Positions 19,097-28,285 of a DNA stretch of 64,000 nt are shown piece after piece. The stretch lies in IMG/VR virus record IMGVR_UViG_645948442_000001, positions 93,487 to 157,486 of that record; one strand, written 5' to 3'. Below the pieces are notes generated by a model that ran no database searches, was not told where the DNA came from, and saw nothing but the letters and a program-made list of their open reading frames with translations. Within the stretch, counting starts at the first letter, position 1, and each line of letters begins with the position of its first letter. The DNA comes from a virus (Duplodnaviria; Caudoviricetes). Position numbers and translations under genes: made by a program.

Positions 19097-19530
19097 CCAG
19101 GTTCTACGACCCATCCCGTGATCATGATCTGTTCGGTCTGGCCATCACCCATCTGACGAAGGCTGAGAAGTTCAATCACCTGAACCGCGCCTACGACTCA
19201 CAGACCTTCACCAACATCTTCGCCGCCATCAGTTTTGCCGCATGCAGAGCTAATCTCCCCGATGCATTCGTGTTGACCGAACGCTTCCATAGAGCCATGC
19301 TCCGGGAGATGAACCAGGGGCGTACAGTCCCAATGCTCAAACCCTTCAGGAAGGCCCGCTTTCACTGGTCTATAGAGACATGGCTACGTGAGCACAGCAG
19401 GGATGCCCGAGGGCTCTATCACATGTATGGCCTGTCTGACTTCAGTCGTCACCCCAAGGTGTTGGAATACAAGCTGGCCTGGCTCATCCATCTGTCTGAG
19501 AAATATCGCAAAGGAGACCTGCGTGTCTAA
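19093..19530 (+). CDS. family A divergent copy 4
   Basis: ..WL...EYKLAWLIHLSEKYRKG C-terminus. Confidence 0.7.
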   Translation: MTRFYDPSRDHDLFGLAITHLTKAEKFNHLNRAYDSQTFTNIFAAISFAACRANLPDAFVLTERFHRAMLREMNQGRTVPMLKPFRKARFHWSIETWLREHSRDARGLYHMYGLSDFSRHPKVLEYKLAWLIHLSEKYRKGDLRV

Positions 19531-19897
19531 ACCATTCAACCCATTCAGGGCCGCACTGCCCTTCCTGAATGTGCCCACTGAACTGGAAATCCCAGACAAC
19601 CTTGTGGACGAGTCGAGGAAGAGCATCTACGTGTGTCATGCAGTGGTCGCAGTCCATCGTTCTGGGGTCAACGCGAAGGAACGCAGAGCATGCATGTTCG
19701 CTGGCGAGTACATCAGATCGCTTCTGGGCAAGCACTACACCGTGCGTCAATGGTTGCTTGAGCATTGCCCTGAGTTCAAGGCCATGGGCGAAGATCAATG
19801 GCAGATACGCATTGATCTGGTCCAGGCATACCGGCATCGCTGGTTGACTCACATGGCCGACCAGTTCGACGAAGGTCTCATCATCCTCAAGGATTAA
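19523..19897 (+). CDS. family A copy 5
   Basis: GTG start with AAGGAG; FNPFRAAL...QAYRHRWLTHMADQFDEG. Confidence 0.8.
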   Translation: MSKPFNPFRAALPFLNVPTELEIPDNLVDESRKSIYVCHAVVAVHRSGVNAKERRACMFAGEYIRSLLGKHYTVRQWLLEHCPEFKAMGEDQWQIRIDLVQAYRHRWLTHMADQFDEGLIILKD

Positions 19898-19902
19898 CCG
19901 AC

Positions 19903-20349
19903 ATGAACAAGATATTCAACCCATTCCGTGAAGCCCTCAAGCACCTGAGGACATCCAACGACCTCGACCGAGGTTTCCATCCCTTGCACAAGGACAACGA
20001 GAACTTCGTTTGCTGGGCTCTGGACTGCGTCAAGGACAATCAGAAGTCCATAGAACAGGGGAGGCACAACTCAGCATTGTGTGATGCTGCCCAGTACCAC
20101 ATCAGGGATTTGTTGGTTGGGCAAGCGACGGTCATCAATTGGCTTCAACGCTACAGCCCAGAATACAGGAGCATACGCAATGAGTACGACAGGGGCCGCA
20201 TGCTGCACAGGCTTCTCCAAGACCTCCAACAAGCCTACCGCTGGCGCTGGACATTGTCTATGGCTGCTGAATACGATGCTGGTAAGAACAACTTCATCAA
20301 GCAGTACATGATCGACCTGGGACGCAAGAACATGGGGGTTGAGGACTGA
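19903..20349 (+). CDS. family A copy 6
   Basis: FNPFREAL...QAYRWRWTLSMAAEYDAG. Confidence 0.8.
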   Translation: MNKIFNPFREALKHLRTSNDLDRGFHPLHKDNENFVCWALDCVKDNQKSIEQGRHNSALCDAAQYHIRDLLVGQATVINWLQRYSPEYRSIRNEYDRGRMLHRLLQDLQQAYRWRWTLSMAAEYDAGKNNFIKQYMIDLGRKNMGVED

Positions 20350-20579
20350 TGGATGACCTCATCTCCTACATGTTCTGGGACCGTGGCAACGTATACAATC
20401 CATTGGATCATCAGGCCCATGTGACTGCTCGTTGGACGCACCATTGGAACATACACAGGCGCTGGGAGTCAGAGAACAGACCCATGGAGCCGGTTGAGTA
20501 CCGACCTCCAGCCACCCAGAAGCAAATCCGAGAGGCCCGCGATTGGGCCATTGAAGATAGGATGATTGAATCCTACTGA
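20349..20579 (+). CDS. hypothetical protein
   Basis: TGATG overlap, GAGGA RBS. Confidence 0.6.
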   Translation: MDDLISYMFWDRGNVYNPLDHQAHVTARWTHHWNIHRRWESENRPMEPVEYRPPATQKQIREARDWAIEDRMIESY

Positions 20580-20583
20580 CACA

Positions 20584-20668
20584 AGCCCCTGCTAACCGTA
20601 GGGGCTTTTGCTTTCTCAACTATCAGGTTATAATTGATCTCATCGCAACCAACACTTGAAAGCCGATC
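20584..20668 (+). repeat. terminator-promoter-leader direct repeat, copy 1 of 3
   Basis: CAGGTTATAATTGATCTCATCGCAACCAACA..TGAAAGCC shared with the 21595 and 22225 copies. Confidence 0.9.
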
Positions 20669-20878
20669 ATGAACAACGAGTACAAGCAAGGCTGGAACCT
20701 CCGAGTGAGCAGCGCATATGCCACCAACAAGCAAGTGCGCCCCTTCACTGGTGCAGGTTCCAAGGCCAAGAACGATGCTCATGAGGACGGCTTCCGCGCA
20801 TGCAACAGCGCCTTCATGAAGGCTGTCGCCACAGCAATCGAAGCAGGCGTGAACCCCACCTACCCCCAACCCATCTGA
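20669..20878 (+). CDS. hypothetical protein
   Basis: Follows the repeated leader. Confidence 0.7.
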   Translation: MNNEYKQGWNLRVSSAYATNKQVRPFTGAGSKAKNDAHEDGFRACNSAFMKAVATAIEAGVNPTYPQPI

Positions 20879-20888
20879 GGACACCGTC

Positions 20889-21284
20889 ATGACCAAGTAC
20901 ACCGTTGTCGAGATCAACACCAACGACACCACCCAACGTCGGGTTGCCGTGCTGGAAGGCACCCTGCAAGAAGTCATGGAGCGCGCAGCCAGCCGTTCTC
21001 ACTGGGTCATGGGCGACCTGAAGCTGTTCGCCCCAGGTGACGTCCTCGTGGCCCACAAGCAGTGGCGTGACCAGCAATGGACGTTCATCTTCAATGTCCA
21101 TGAGCGCCTGGGTGACGAGCAACAGCATGAGAGCCAGATCGAGTGCTCCAGCCTGACCGAAGCGAAGGAGATGGTCCAGGGTGATCACAAGTGGCTGTTT
21201 GGCGATCTGATGATCAAGGATGCAACAGGCAAGACCCTCAGCAGCATGAAGTGGACCGACAACGAATGGAGCGACGCAGCATGA
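20889..21284 (+). CDS. protein with an internal duplicated domain
   Basis: HWVMGDL..KQWRDQQW versus KWLFGDL..MKWTDNEW. Confidence 0.75.
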   Translation: MTKYTVVEINTNDTTQRRVAVLEGTLQEVMERAASRSHWVMGDLKLFAPGDVLVAHKQWRDQQWTFIFNVHERLGDEQQHESQIECSSLTEAKEMVQGDHKWLFGDLMIKDATGKTLSSMKWTDNEWSDAA

Positions 21285-21592
21285 ACACAGGCGTCTGGAT
21301 GCCCAAGCGCATGGATCTGTGGGAGGCAATCGAGGCGGACGCCTTCGTGGCCCAGAGACTGAAACCCAAGCCATACAAGGATTGGGTGGAGTTGGATACT
21401 GATCAGCTGTCCATCTGGTCGTGCAAACCCAACCTGGTGATCATGCTTGTCATGTCTGGTGGCGACCAGGTTGAAGGGCACAAACAAGTCAGACAGTCGA
21501 TGGCCAACATGGTCGCCGAGGCATACCCTGAACTGGCCACCAAACACAACCTGGTCATCGACCGCAAACATGAATACTGGAGAACCAAGTGA
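21281..21592 (+). CDS. hypothetical protein
   Basis: ATGA overlap. Confidence 0.65.
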   Translation: MNTGVWMPKRMDLWEAIEADAFVAQRLKPKPYKDWVELDTDQLSIWSCKPNLVIMLVMSGGDQVEGHKQVRQSMANMVAEAYPELATKHNLVIDRKHEYWRTK

Positions 21593-21594
21593 GC

Positions 21595-21682
21595 AAAGCC
21601 CCTTCTTAATGGAGGGGCTTTTATTTGCTCAAGTTTTCAGGTTATAATTGATCTCATCGCAACCAACATCTGAAAGCCGATC
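21595..21682 (+). repeat. terminator-promoter-leader direct repeat, copy 2 of 3
   Basis: Near-identical to the 22225 copy over ~60 nt. Confidence 0.9.
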
Positions 21683-21958
21683 ATGAACATCGAACAAATC
21701 AACGCAGAATACCGGGCCAAGGGCTACAGCAGCACGGCCATCACCGTCGTAGCAGTCGATGAGGAACGCATGGAAATCCGCAAGGACGAGACCGCCACCA
21801 TGCTGGCAAGCCTGTACATCCTGACACCCGATGGTCTGATCCGTGGCAAGCACGACAACCGCAAGCTGGGCAAGAACGCCATGTCCCTGCGTCAATCGGT
21901 GTACAACGCCGCCCGTATCGCTGGTTTCAAGTTCAAGGCCAACTACGACAACAAGTGA
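21683..21958 (+). CDS. hypothetical protein
   Basis: Follows the repeated leader. Confidence 0.75.
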   Translation: MNIEQINAEYRAKGYSSTAITVVAVDEERMEIRKDETATMLASLYILTPDGLIRGKHDNRKLGKNAMSLRQSVYNAARIAGFKFKANYDNK

Positions 21959-21965
21959 GCACATC

Positions 21966-22199
21966 ATGACCAACATCTACCTCGCATCCGCAATGACTGG
22001 TGCCCACATCCAAGGGGCCTACTCCACAGAGCAAGAGGCAAGGCAGGCCCTCCAGGCTCTCGCTTTCGAGATGGCCGCTGGACAGATCACCTGGGCCAAG
22101 ACCATCTACGGCTGGGAGGGCACAGCCCGAGACGAACACCACATGCATGCTATCAGCATCACTGAGTTGGAGTTGGGTGCTCCCCTCGAAGTGGTCTGA
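21966..22199 (+). CDS. hypothetical protein
   Basis: MTNIYLASAM.. ORF in operon. Confidence 0.6.
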   Translation: MTNIYLASAMTGAHIQGAYSTEQEARQALQALAFEMAAGQITWAKTIYGWEGTARDEHHMHAISITELELGAPLEVV

Positions 22200-22224
22200 T
22201 GGGTCTTCCCCAGCGATCGTGAAC

Positions 22225-22312
22225 AAGCCCCTACAAACCGTAGGGGCTTTTATTTTGCTCAAGTTTTCAGGTTATAATTGATCTCATCGCAACCAACACT
22301 TGAAAGCCTGAA
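22225..22312 (+). repeat. terminator-promoter-leader direct repeat, copy 3 of 3
   Basis: As for copies 1 and 2. Confidence 0.9.
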
Positions 22313-22624
22313 ATGAACGCCTACAACCAAATCCAAGCCCTGATCGCAAACAAGTACAACAGCAAGATCGAAGAAGTCAAGACAGGCGAAGCCCACCTCA
22401 TCATGGAAGGCGTCGGCATCCACGTCAGCAAGTCTGGCTCCATGGTTCAGGTCGCCATGATCTACGAGAAGCGCCCAGGCGCCTGGTTCCAGCTGGGCGA
22501 CCACATCATCCTGTGCGAGAAGGTGAAGGGCATGCTTGGCCTCCAGATGTCCGGCGCCCGCAGCGACATCGACGGCATGGACGGCGTGCTGGCCTACACC
22601 CAGGACTTCATCGCCAAGGTCTGA
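22313..22624 (+). CDS. hypothetical protein
   Basis: Follows the repeated leader. Confidence 0.75.
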   Translation: MNAYNQIQALIANKYNSKIEEVKTGEAHLIMEGVGIHVSKSGSMVQVAMIYEKRPGAWFQLGDHIILCEKVKGMLGLQMSGARSDIDGMDGVLAYTQDFIAKV

Positions 22625-22640
22625 CCTCAGCCCAACAGGC

Positions 22641-22681
22641 AAAACAAAGCCCCTCAACCTGGTAAGGTGAGGGGCTTTTTC
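22641..22681. terminator. bidirectional intrinsic terminator at the convergence of the + and - blocks
   Basis: AAAACAAAGCCCCTCA..TGAGGGGCTTTTT. Confidence 0.8.
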
Positions 22682-22777
22682 ATGGGTCGAGACCGAGGGT
22701 GTGGCGGTTGGCTTATGGCCTGAAATCAGCCTGTCTTCTCCAACCTCCCCAATATGCCGGCAGCCAAGATTGGATCA

Positions 22778-23398
22778 TCAGGAGCTGAGCTTGGACTGAA
22801 GGATGGCCCACCCCATCCCGGCCCTGAACCAGTTGAGCAACTTCCTCTGCTTGAGTCTGTAGTCCACAGCATCCACATGATCATTGTTCAGTGGGTGACA
22901 GAACAGGGTGCGGCCTGCGAAGGGGAAGCACATGCTGATGCGCTCAGCCCCATCCAATGTGATCTCCTTGCCTGTTGGGATTGCGTGGTACCTGTTGAAC
23001 GTGATGTCCTCAAGGAACTTGCCAGGCCTGCAGCATCCCTCCTCGGGCTCACGGTCACCGACGGCCTGTTTGAGCTCCTCATGTGTCAGCCCCAGACCTT
23101 GTAGCAGCAGGCCAGCGTTGAAGGCACCCGTCAATCCCCTGGCCCACAGAGCAGTCAACACATCCCAGAGCTCAGGTGTCTGTTTGACTGCCAGGAAGCC
23201 TTGGTCACCAATTGGGGTGGCCTCCCTTCGTTCAAACTCCCTGAGCAGGAACAGGATGTCCTGCAGCTCGCCATGCATGACCCTCAGCCTGTCTCGCTCG
23301 ATATGTTTGAATAGGGGCGGTCGGTTGTCCATGATCAACCTCCCCAGGGTCGATGATCCACCAGGCCCCACGATGCTGATTGTTGCATCAACCGACAT
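22778..23398 (-). CDS. hypothetical protein
   Basis: Start MSVDATISIV directly after the upstream stop. Confidence 0.65.
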   Translation of the reverse strand: MSVDATISIVGPGGSSTLGRLIMDNRPPLFKHIERDRLRVMHGELQDILFLLREFERREATPIGDQGFLAVKQTPELWDVLTALWARGLTGAFNAGLLLQGLGLTHEELKQAVGDREPEEGCCRPGKFLEDITFNRYHAIPTGKEITLDGAERISMCFPFAGRTLFCHPLNNDHVDAVDYRLKQRKLLNWFRAGMGWAILQSKLSS

Positions 23399-23399
23399 G

Positions 23400-23837
23400 T
23401 CAACCCCTGAAGTAGTCGTGGCCCATGCCACGGAGCTCATCTGCCTCAACATCCAGAGCAGCCTTCACAACAGGGGCGCCCCGGGCCTCGTCAATCGCCT
23501 TGTCCAGCGCAGGGCCGTACTTGGGGCTGAACGAATGACCGCCGCAGTGGATGGTGTCCTGGCCGACCTTGAGTGTGTAGTGCTTGCCAGTCCTGATGTA
23601 CTGGTAGCGTTCAGCATCATGGCGCTGGGACGAGACAAAGGGCAGCAGACCCTCAGTGGTGAAGGGTCTGCCGAGGGATGCGTCATTCAGGGCATCCAGC
23701 CACTTCTCAGGGAGATCGCATTCAGCGCCCAGGCCTGCGTACACATGGGACACCAGGTTACGCAGCTTGCTGTTCTCCACCTTGAGCTCTTCCAGCTTGG
23801 CCATGAGCCACTTTTCATTCTTGGTCATGTTCATCAT
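23400..23837 (-). CDS. hypothetical protein
   Basis: AAGGAG RBS, ATGA overlap. Confidence 0.7.
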   Translation of the reverse strand: MMNMTKNEKWLMAKLEELKVENSKLRNLVSHVYAGLGAECDLPEKWLDALNDASLGRPFTTEGLLPFVSSQRHDAERYQYIRTGKHYTLKVGQDTIHCGGHSFSPKYGPALDKAIDEARGAPVVKAALDVEADELRGMGHDYFRG

Positions 23838-24043
23838 GCGCTCCTTGAGTACAGGCGTCTTGCGACCACCCAACCAATACCCGTGCTGCCGGCCGTACAG
23901 TGCGGGTCATCATTGACAGCAGCGAGAGCATCCTCGGCCTCTCGCTCAGTGTCGAAGTTCACCACGTTGGTCGCAACGGCACGGCCATTGTCTCTGCTGG
24001 GTGAAGCAGAGGAGACCGTTGTGATCAAAATTTTGTAACCCAT
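23834..24043 (-). CDS. small protein, paralog of 3711..3899
   Basis: VVNFDTEREAEDAL...RRLY. Confidence 0.65.
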   Translation of the reverse strand: MGYKILITTVSSASPSRDNGRAVATNVVNFDTEREAEDALAAVNDDPHCTAGSTGIGWVVARRLYSRSA

Positions 24044-24259
24044 CTATACACTCCTCTTCGGTTCTGCTGGGATGTCCATCCAGCCATCAACGTGGAACTG
24101 CTCAGGGTGATCCCTGATGATCCACCACTTGTTGCTGCCTGCATACTGAGGGTGACCAATGCCCACCTCCCAGTACAGTTCATGATCGTTGTCCTGAGCC
24201 CACCATCCAACAAGCACTGTGCGGATGGTGTCAGGGGCCTTGTCTGTGATCCAGCTCAT
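24044..24259 (-). CDS. DUF551-like protein
   Basis: MSWITDKAP...VDGWMDIPAEP. Confidence 0.7.
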   Translation of the reverse strand: MSWITDKAPDTIRTVLVGWWAQDNDHELYWEVGIGHPQYAGSNKWWIIRDHPEQFHVDGWMDIPAEPKRSV

Positions 24260-24714
24260 GTCTTCTTCCTGTTGCGCTTCACTCGCTGCTCGTACACCTT
24301 GGGTTGCTCCCTCGGAGGCGGTGTTGGGATGGGCATCCATGCGTACACCTGACTGTGCGAACAACCCAGACCTCCAGTGTGCCATCTGACACCATGCTCG
24401 AAGCAAGGATTGCGATCAGGGATCAGCATGCCAACGCCCGTCGCCCAGACCCATGGATCACCCTTCAAGTAGGTGTCCTGGTACCAGTAGCCAATCAACA
24501 CATCAACCCGATCGCTGGGGAGACTGTGACTGACTAGTGTCCACTCAGGAGGGAGAGCAGGCAGCTGATCAGCGAAGGCCCTCACCATGCTCAGGGGAAG
24601 GCTGTTCTTCATGGCATACTTGGCCTCTGGTCGAGTCATGATGTCCAGCCCGTTGGCACCCTTGATCTTCGCCTTGCGGCCTGCCTGGATCAGTTGTTCA
24701 TCTGTGTACTTCAT
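24256..24714 (-). CDS. DUF551-like domain protein (probably leaderless)
   Basis: WTLVSHSLP...VYAWMPIPTPP; TATAAT 6 nt before ATG. Confidence 0.75.
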   Translation of the reverse strand: MKYTDEQLIQAGRKAKIKGANGLDIMTRPEAKYAMKNSLPLSMVRAFADQLPALPPEWTLVSHSLPSDRVDVLIGYWYQDTYLKGDPWVWATGVGMLIPDRNPCFEHGVRWHTGGLGCSHSQVYAWMPIPTPPPREQPKVYEQRVKRNRKKT

Positions 24715-24737
24715 AGCAGCATTATACCCTACAACAG

Positions 24738-25196
24738 TCAGATCAGCCTAGCCCCAAGGCCCAGCTGCACCCAGTACATCGCATTGAGACAGCGTTTCAT
24801 GTAATCCCACTCGGCCTTGGAGTAGATCACTCCCATCACAGGGAATAGCCTGCGGCGATTCACACCATCATCGATCATGGGCATTCGGTAGTGACGCCAG
24901 AAGTCGGGCGCCGCTTCCATGGGTGTCCGCTTGTCCGGGCAGGCCTCTAACAGATCCTCCCGAGAGATGCCTGCCACGTACATGGTGAACCACCATTGAT
25001 CCGCACTGGTCAATCCCACATCGGGTAGACTGATCACTGTGTCAAAGGCGAGGGGAGTCATGATGCTCCCTCGAAGGATACCATGCTTCTGGTAGAGGTC
25101 AATGAGCCCTCCGATACCCCCAGTCAGGTCTTGCATGGTGTTGTACGCATGCTGGGCACGATCACGAGGGAGGAAGTTGAAGTCAGGCAGTGACAT
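24738..25196 (-). CDS. hypothetical protein (family D-like)
   Basis: ORF in operon; FPV..C-terminal helix with W. Confidence 0.7.
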   Translation of the reverse strand: MSLPDFNFLPRDRAQHAYNTMQDLTGGIGGLIDLYQKHGILRGSIMTPLAFDTVISLPDVGLTSADQWWFTMYVAGISREDLLEACPDKRTPMEAAPDFWRHYRMPMIDDGVNRRRLFPVMGVIYSKAEWDYMKRCLNAMYWVQLGLGARLI

Positions 25197-25746
25197 TGTG
25201 CTCCCTCAGCGCAGCAGTGATCATCTTGGCCAACCAGAGCAGCTGATACTTGAGCCGCATCATGTACTCCTGGTTGATGACACCCCAATGCTCATCAACA
25301 CGGCTCCATGCACAGTTGTCACCGATGTGAACTCTCGTAGCAACATCGATGTTGTCAGCCCTGGCGAAGTCTGGATGATCCAAGCAGGTGATATAGCCGT
25401 TGGGGCTCTTCAACAGCTCCCGCCAGTCAGCACGGGTGTAGGGAGGCTTCGCGTCCTCACTCACCAGCTTCTCCCATCCACCCCAACCAGCCATGATCAC
25501 GAGGGAGCGGAAGGAGTGAGCAGGGTGTATGGGTGTGCCATATCCATACCTCATCCCATCCATGTCCAGGTAGAGGGGAGTGGCCACAACCTTCTCGCCC
25601 ATCTCATGATGATAGGACATGTAGTCAAAGTGGGTGTCCAGTTGCTTACAGATCACCCTCAGTTCATCCCTGACCTTCACCCAGTGATCCAGGTTGCTGG
25701 CGGGCAGGTTGATGCGCCCAGAGGCGGCTCCACTGAATCTGGTCAT
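25183..25746 (-). CDS. family D protein, close paralog of 25743..26303
   Basis: HEMG..VV.TPLY, HSFRS, PPY.R.DWR, ITCLDH.DF, AWSR shared. Confidence 0.8.
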   Translation of the reverse strand: MTRFSGAASGRINLPASNLDHWVKVRDELRVICKQLDTHFDYMSYHHEMGEKVVATPLYLDMDGMRYGYGTPIHPAHSFRSLVIMAGWGGWEKLVSEDAKPPYTRADWRELLKSPNGYITCLDHPDFARADNIDVATRVHIGDNCAWSRVDEHWGVINQEYMMRLKYQLLWLAKMITAALREHNVTA

Positions 25747-26303
25747 CGCACCCCCAACTCATGCTTCAGCATGTTGATCACCCAGACGATCTGAGCACGG
25801 AGCCTCAACTGGTAATGTTGGTTGTCCATTCCCCACACCTCACCAGTCCTGCTCCATGCCCTGACGATATGACCCATGTGCTTGTGTGTCGCGCCGTCGA
25901 TGTCTGACTCCTTGGTGAAGTCTTCATGATCGAGGCAGGTGATGAAGCCCTCCATCCCTTCATAGCATGCACGCCAATCATCACGAGCATAGGGAGGCTG
26001 GGCATTCTCACTCAACATCTCAACGAAGTCACGTCCACCCACATTGCGCATGATCGAACGGAAGGAGTGGACTGGCAGGATTTCATGCCTGCTGTAGATA
26101 GCAGCAGTGATGTCCTCGTAGAGGGGAGTAGGCACCACAACCTTGCCCATCTCATGGAAGTTCTCATCAGACATGTGGCCCATGTGTTGGAGCATCAGTT
26201 GTCTGATCTCTTGCAACTTCTCGAGCACCCCCTTGTAGTGCTCATGCTTGTCTGCAGGGATACTGATGCTTCCTTCACCATATTTCTCGAATCTCGCCAT
26301 CAT
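25743..26303 (-). CDS. family D protein
   Basis: See paralog 25183..25746. Confidence 0.8.
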   Translation of the reverse strand: MMARFEKYGEGSISIPADKHEHYKGVLEKLQEIRQLMLQHMGHMSDENFHEMGKVVVPTPLYEDITAAIYSRHEILPVHSFRSIMRNVGGRDFVEMLSENAQPPYARDDWRACYEGMEGFITCLDHEDFTKESDIDGATHKHMGHIVRAWSRTGEVWGMDNQHYQLRLRAQIVWVINMLKHELGVR

Positions 26304-26824
26304 TCACTCCTTCCGGCCCTACTCAGGCCTGTCATCACCCAATCAAGTCCCATAGCCATCTTCTGCTGAGCGATTCTGCTCTGATCAGTCATCAATTCGC
26401 CTGCTGGCGTGAACAACACGTTGGCATCCATCTGTCCTGGGGCGTTAGGGTCTTCACCAGGCTTGACGGGGAACACATTCCCATAGATGCCCTTGTAGTC
26501 CTTCAAGAACTCACCGTCGCCCTTACGAGCGTTAGGAGGCCTCACCCTTGGGACCCCCTTCTTCTCAGTGCGCACCACGTAGTCAACGAACTCACTGATG
26601 GTGCACACATCTGTGTACCACAACACCGACCTGAACGATGCTCCAGCCCACAAATCAGGGGGCAACAAGTTCATACAGTCAACGTACAAGGCATCATCCT
26701 TCACCACCTGCCCCACCTCTGTCTGGTGTGACAACATGGTGATTGCTCTCCACACCCCCTTGAGTGTTTCCAAAGCCTGCTCTCGCTTCCCAGCGGGCAT
26801 GCTGCTGAAGTCAATTAAGTTCAT
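26300..26824 (-). CDS. family D-like protein
   Basis: LY.D...SFRSV motif, C-terminal W helix. Confidence 0.7.
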   Translation of the reverse strand: MNLIDFSSMPAGKREQALETLKGVWRAITMLSHQTEVGQVVKDDALYVDCMNLLPPDLWAGASFRSVLWYTDVCTISEFVDYVVRTEKKGVPRVRPPNARKGDGEFLKDYKGIYGNVFPVKPGEDPNAPGQMDANVLFTPAGELMTDQSRIAQQKMAMGLDWVMTGLSRAGRSE

Positions 26825-27004
26825 GATTCTATGACCCTTTTCACAAAGTAAGTCATTTGGTTAATTTAAGTGGTTAACTTACGTTCTCTGTACGACGGGT
26901 CAACAAATGGGTTACAGGCCAATAAACCCCTGTACTCTATGGGCTTTCTGGCCTTCTCAACGCGCAGTTGCTGATGATTTTGCTGGTAAAGTTAAGTGGC
27001 TTGG

Positions 27005-27676
27005 TTAATTGCCCTTGCCGGTCACCCTCAACTCACCGAACATGGTCTTCACCCCGGGTTCATGCATCATGCGCAGAGGGGATTTGGAGCTCAAGTCCTC
27101 CGAAGCCCGCTTCATCGATTCTACCAACAATGACTTGAGTTCACTCAAGTCCTTTGTGTCTATTGTCAGTTTGATTGGTGCCTTGACTACCTCACCAATC
27201 TTCATCGCGGGCTTCATCGAGTAAGCCTCCAGGGCCTCCTTCAGCCACTCCACCTGTGCTATGATCGACCAAGCCCGCTTGCTCAGCTTCTCGTTGATGA
27301 CAGACCCCATGGTTGGGTACATGCACCAGTAGTCACCCAAAGAGTCATTGGACCCCGCCTCTGGCATGGGATGACCCTTCTCGTACCAAGAGAGGAAGGG
27401 TTCAAAGCCACTGACCATATTACAAAGACGTTCACGAACAACCTTGCCGTTGACGAAAGGGGTGATGTAGTCGATGACCTCGGTCCTTTCGTAATCAGGC
27501 AGAAGGCTCCTGCGGTACTCGCCCTGGGCCACCTCCATCAGATAGGGGTTCTCGGCCAGGCGCCTGTTTCCCAAGGTGTACAGTTGCCAGTCGGCGTGCT
27601 CCAAACGCTCCTTCGCGTTCTTGATCACCACGCTGAGCAGCTGGATCGCTTCCAATGAGGTGCGTTTCTTGGCCAT
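27005..27676 (-). CDS. hypothetical protein
   Basis: TGGAGA RBS, promoter at 27712. Confidence 0.75.
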   Translation of the reverse strand: MAKKRTSLEAIQLLSVVIKNAKERLEHADWQLYTLGNRRLAENPYLMEVAQGEYRRSLLPDYERTEVIDYITPFVNGKVVRERLCNMVSGFEPFLSWYEKGHPMPEAGSNDSLGDYWCMYPTMGSVINEKLSKRAWSIIAQVEWLKEALEAYSMKPAMKIGEVVKAPIKLTIDTKDLSELKSLLVESMKRASEDLSSKSPLRMMHEPGVKTMFGELRVTGKGN

Positions 27677-27710
27677 TCAATCTCTCCAGTGTTGTTGCTA
27701 CATGACGCGC

Positions 27711-27760
27711 CATTATAGCTGAAAAGCAAAAGCCCCTTCACAAGGAAGGGGCTTTGTTCA
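27711..27760 (-). repeat. 50-bp terminator plus promoter repeat, 1 mismatch to 30712-30761
   Basis: CATTATAGCTGAAAAGCAAAAGCCCCTTCACA(A/G)GGAAGGGGCTTTGTTCA. Confidence 0.9.
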
Positions 27761-28285
27761 GACTGCGCCCATTCTGTGGACGTACAGCTGCTCGTCGATC
27801 AAGTCTCTCAACCAGAACCACTGAGCCACGTTCTTGATCATGTAGCTGAAGGATTCAGTGTGCTTGCCCGTCTCATGCCCGTTGGCTGGGAAGGCAACCC
27901 ATTTGGCGTTGTACCAATCGCGCTTGTTGTCTACGTCGTTGTTACCCACAGTGTAGAAGCAGTCAGAGGAGACTTTCTCGCCTCTGAATGGCATGGGGTC
28001 ATCAGATATCCCCTTCCCTTGAAGCAACCCCGTCTCGGCCATTTGCTTCCAGACGTTGTGGTCGAACAGTTGGAGCACAACGTCGAACAAAATGTCCTGA
28101 GTGCCCAAACCCTCATCATGAAGAGCAGTCAACACGTCTCTGTAGAGAGGATCGACTTTCATCACGCCCGGCTCTTTGGCGTACAGCCTCACCTGGGCCA
28201 TCAACTGGGTAATGCGCTTCAGGCTCCGGCTTGCCTCTCTGAGCTTCTCAGTTGGGATGGCGTCCCACATTTCTTGCGCGTTCAT
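27758..28285 (-). CDS. family D-like protein
   Basis: TVG...Y...AF.P...Y...N..Q pattern shared with neighbours. Confidence 0.75.
   Translation of the reverse strand: MNAQEMWDAIPTEKLREASRSLKRITQLMAQVRLYAKEPGVMKVDPLYRDVLTALHDEGLGTQDILFDVVLQLFDHNVWKQMAETGLLQGKGISDDPMPFRGEKVSSDCFYTVGNNDVDNKRDWYNAKWVAFPANGHETGKHTESFSYMIKNVAQWFWLRDLIDEQLYVHRMGAV

Noticed and set aside
17765-20349. Diversity-generating retroelement as the cause of paralog variation
   Set aside because: No reverse transcriptase in the window and no adenine-specific template/variable repeat pair
20584-22312. Repeats considered as a CRISPR array
   Set aside because: The spacers are 0.5-0.9 kb and protein-coding, the repeats are promoter/terminator units, and no cas genes are present
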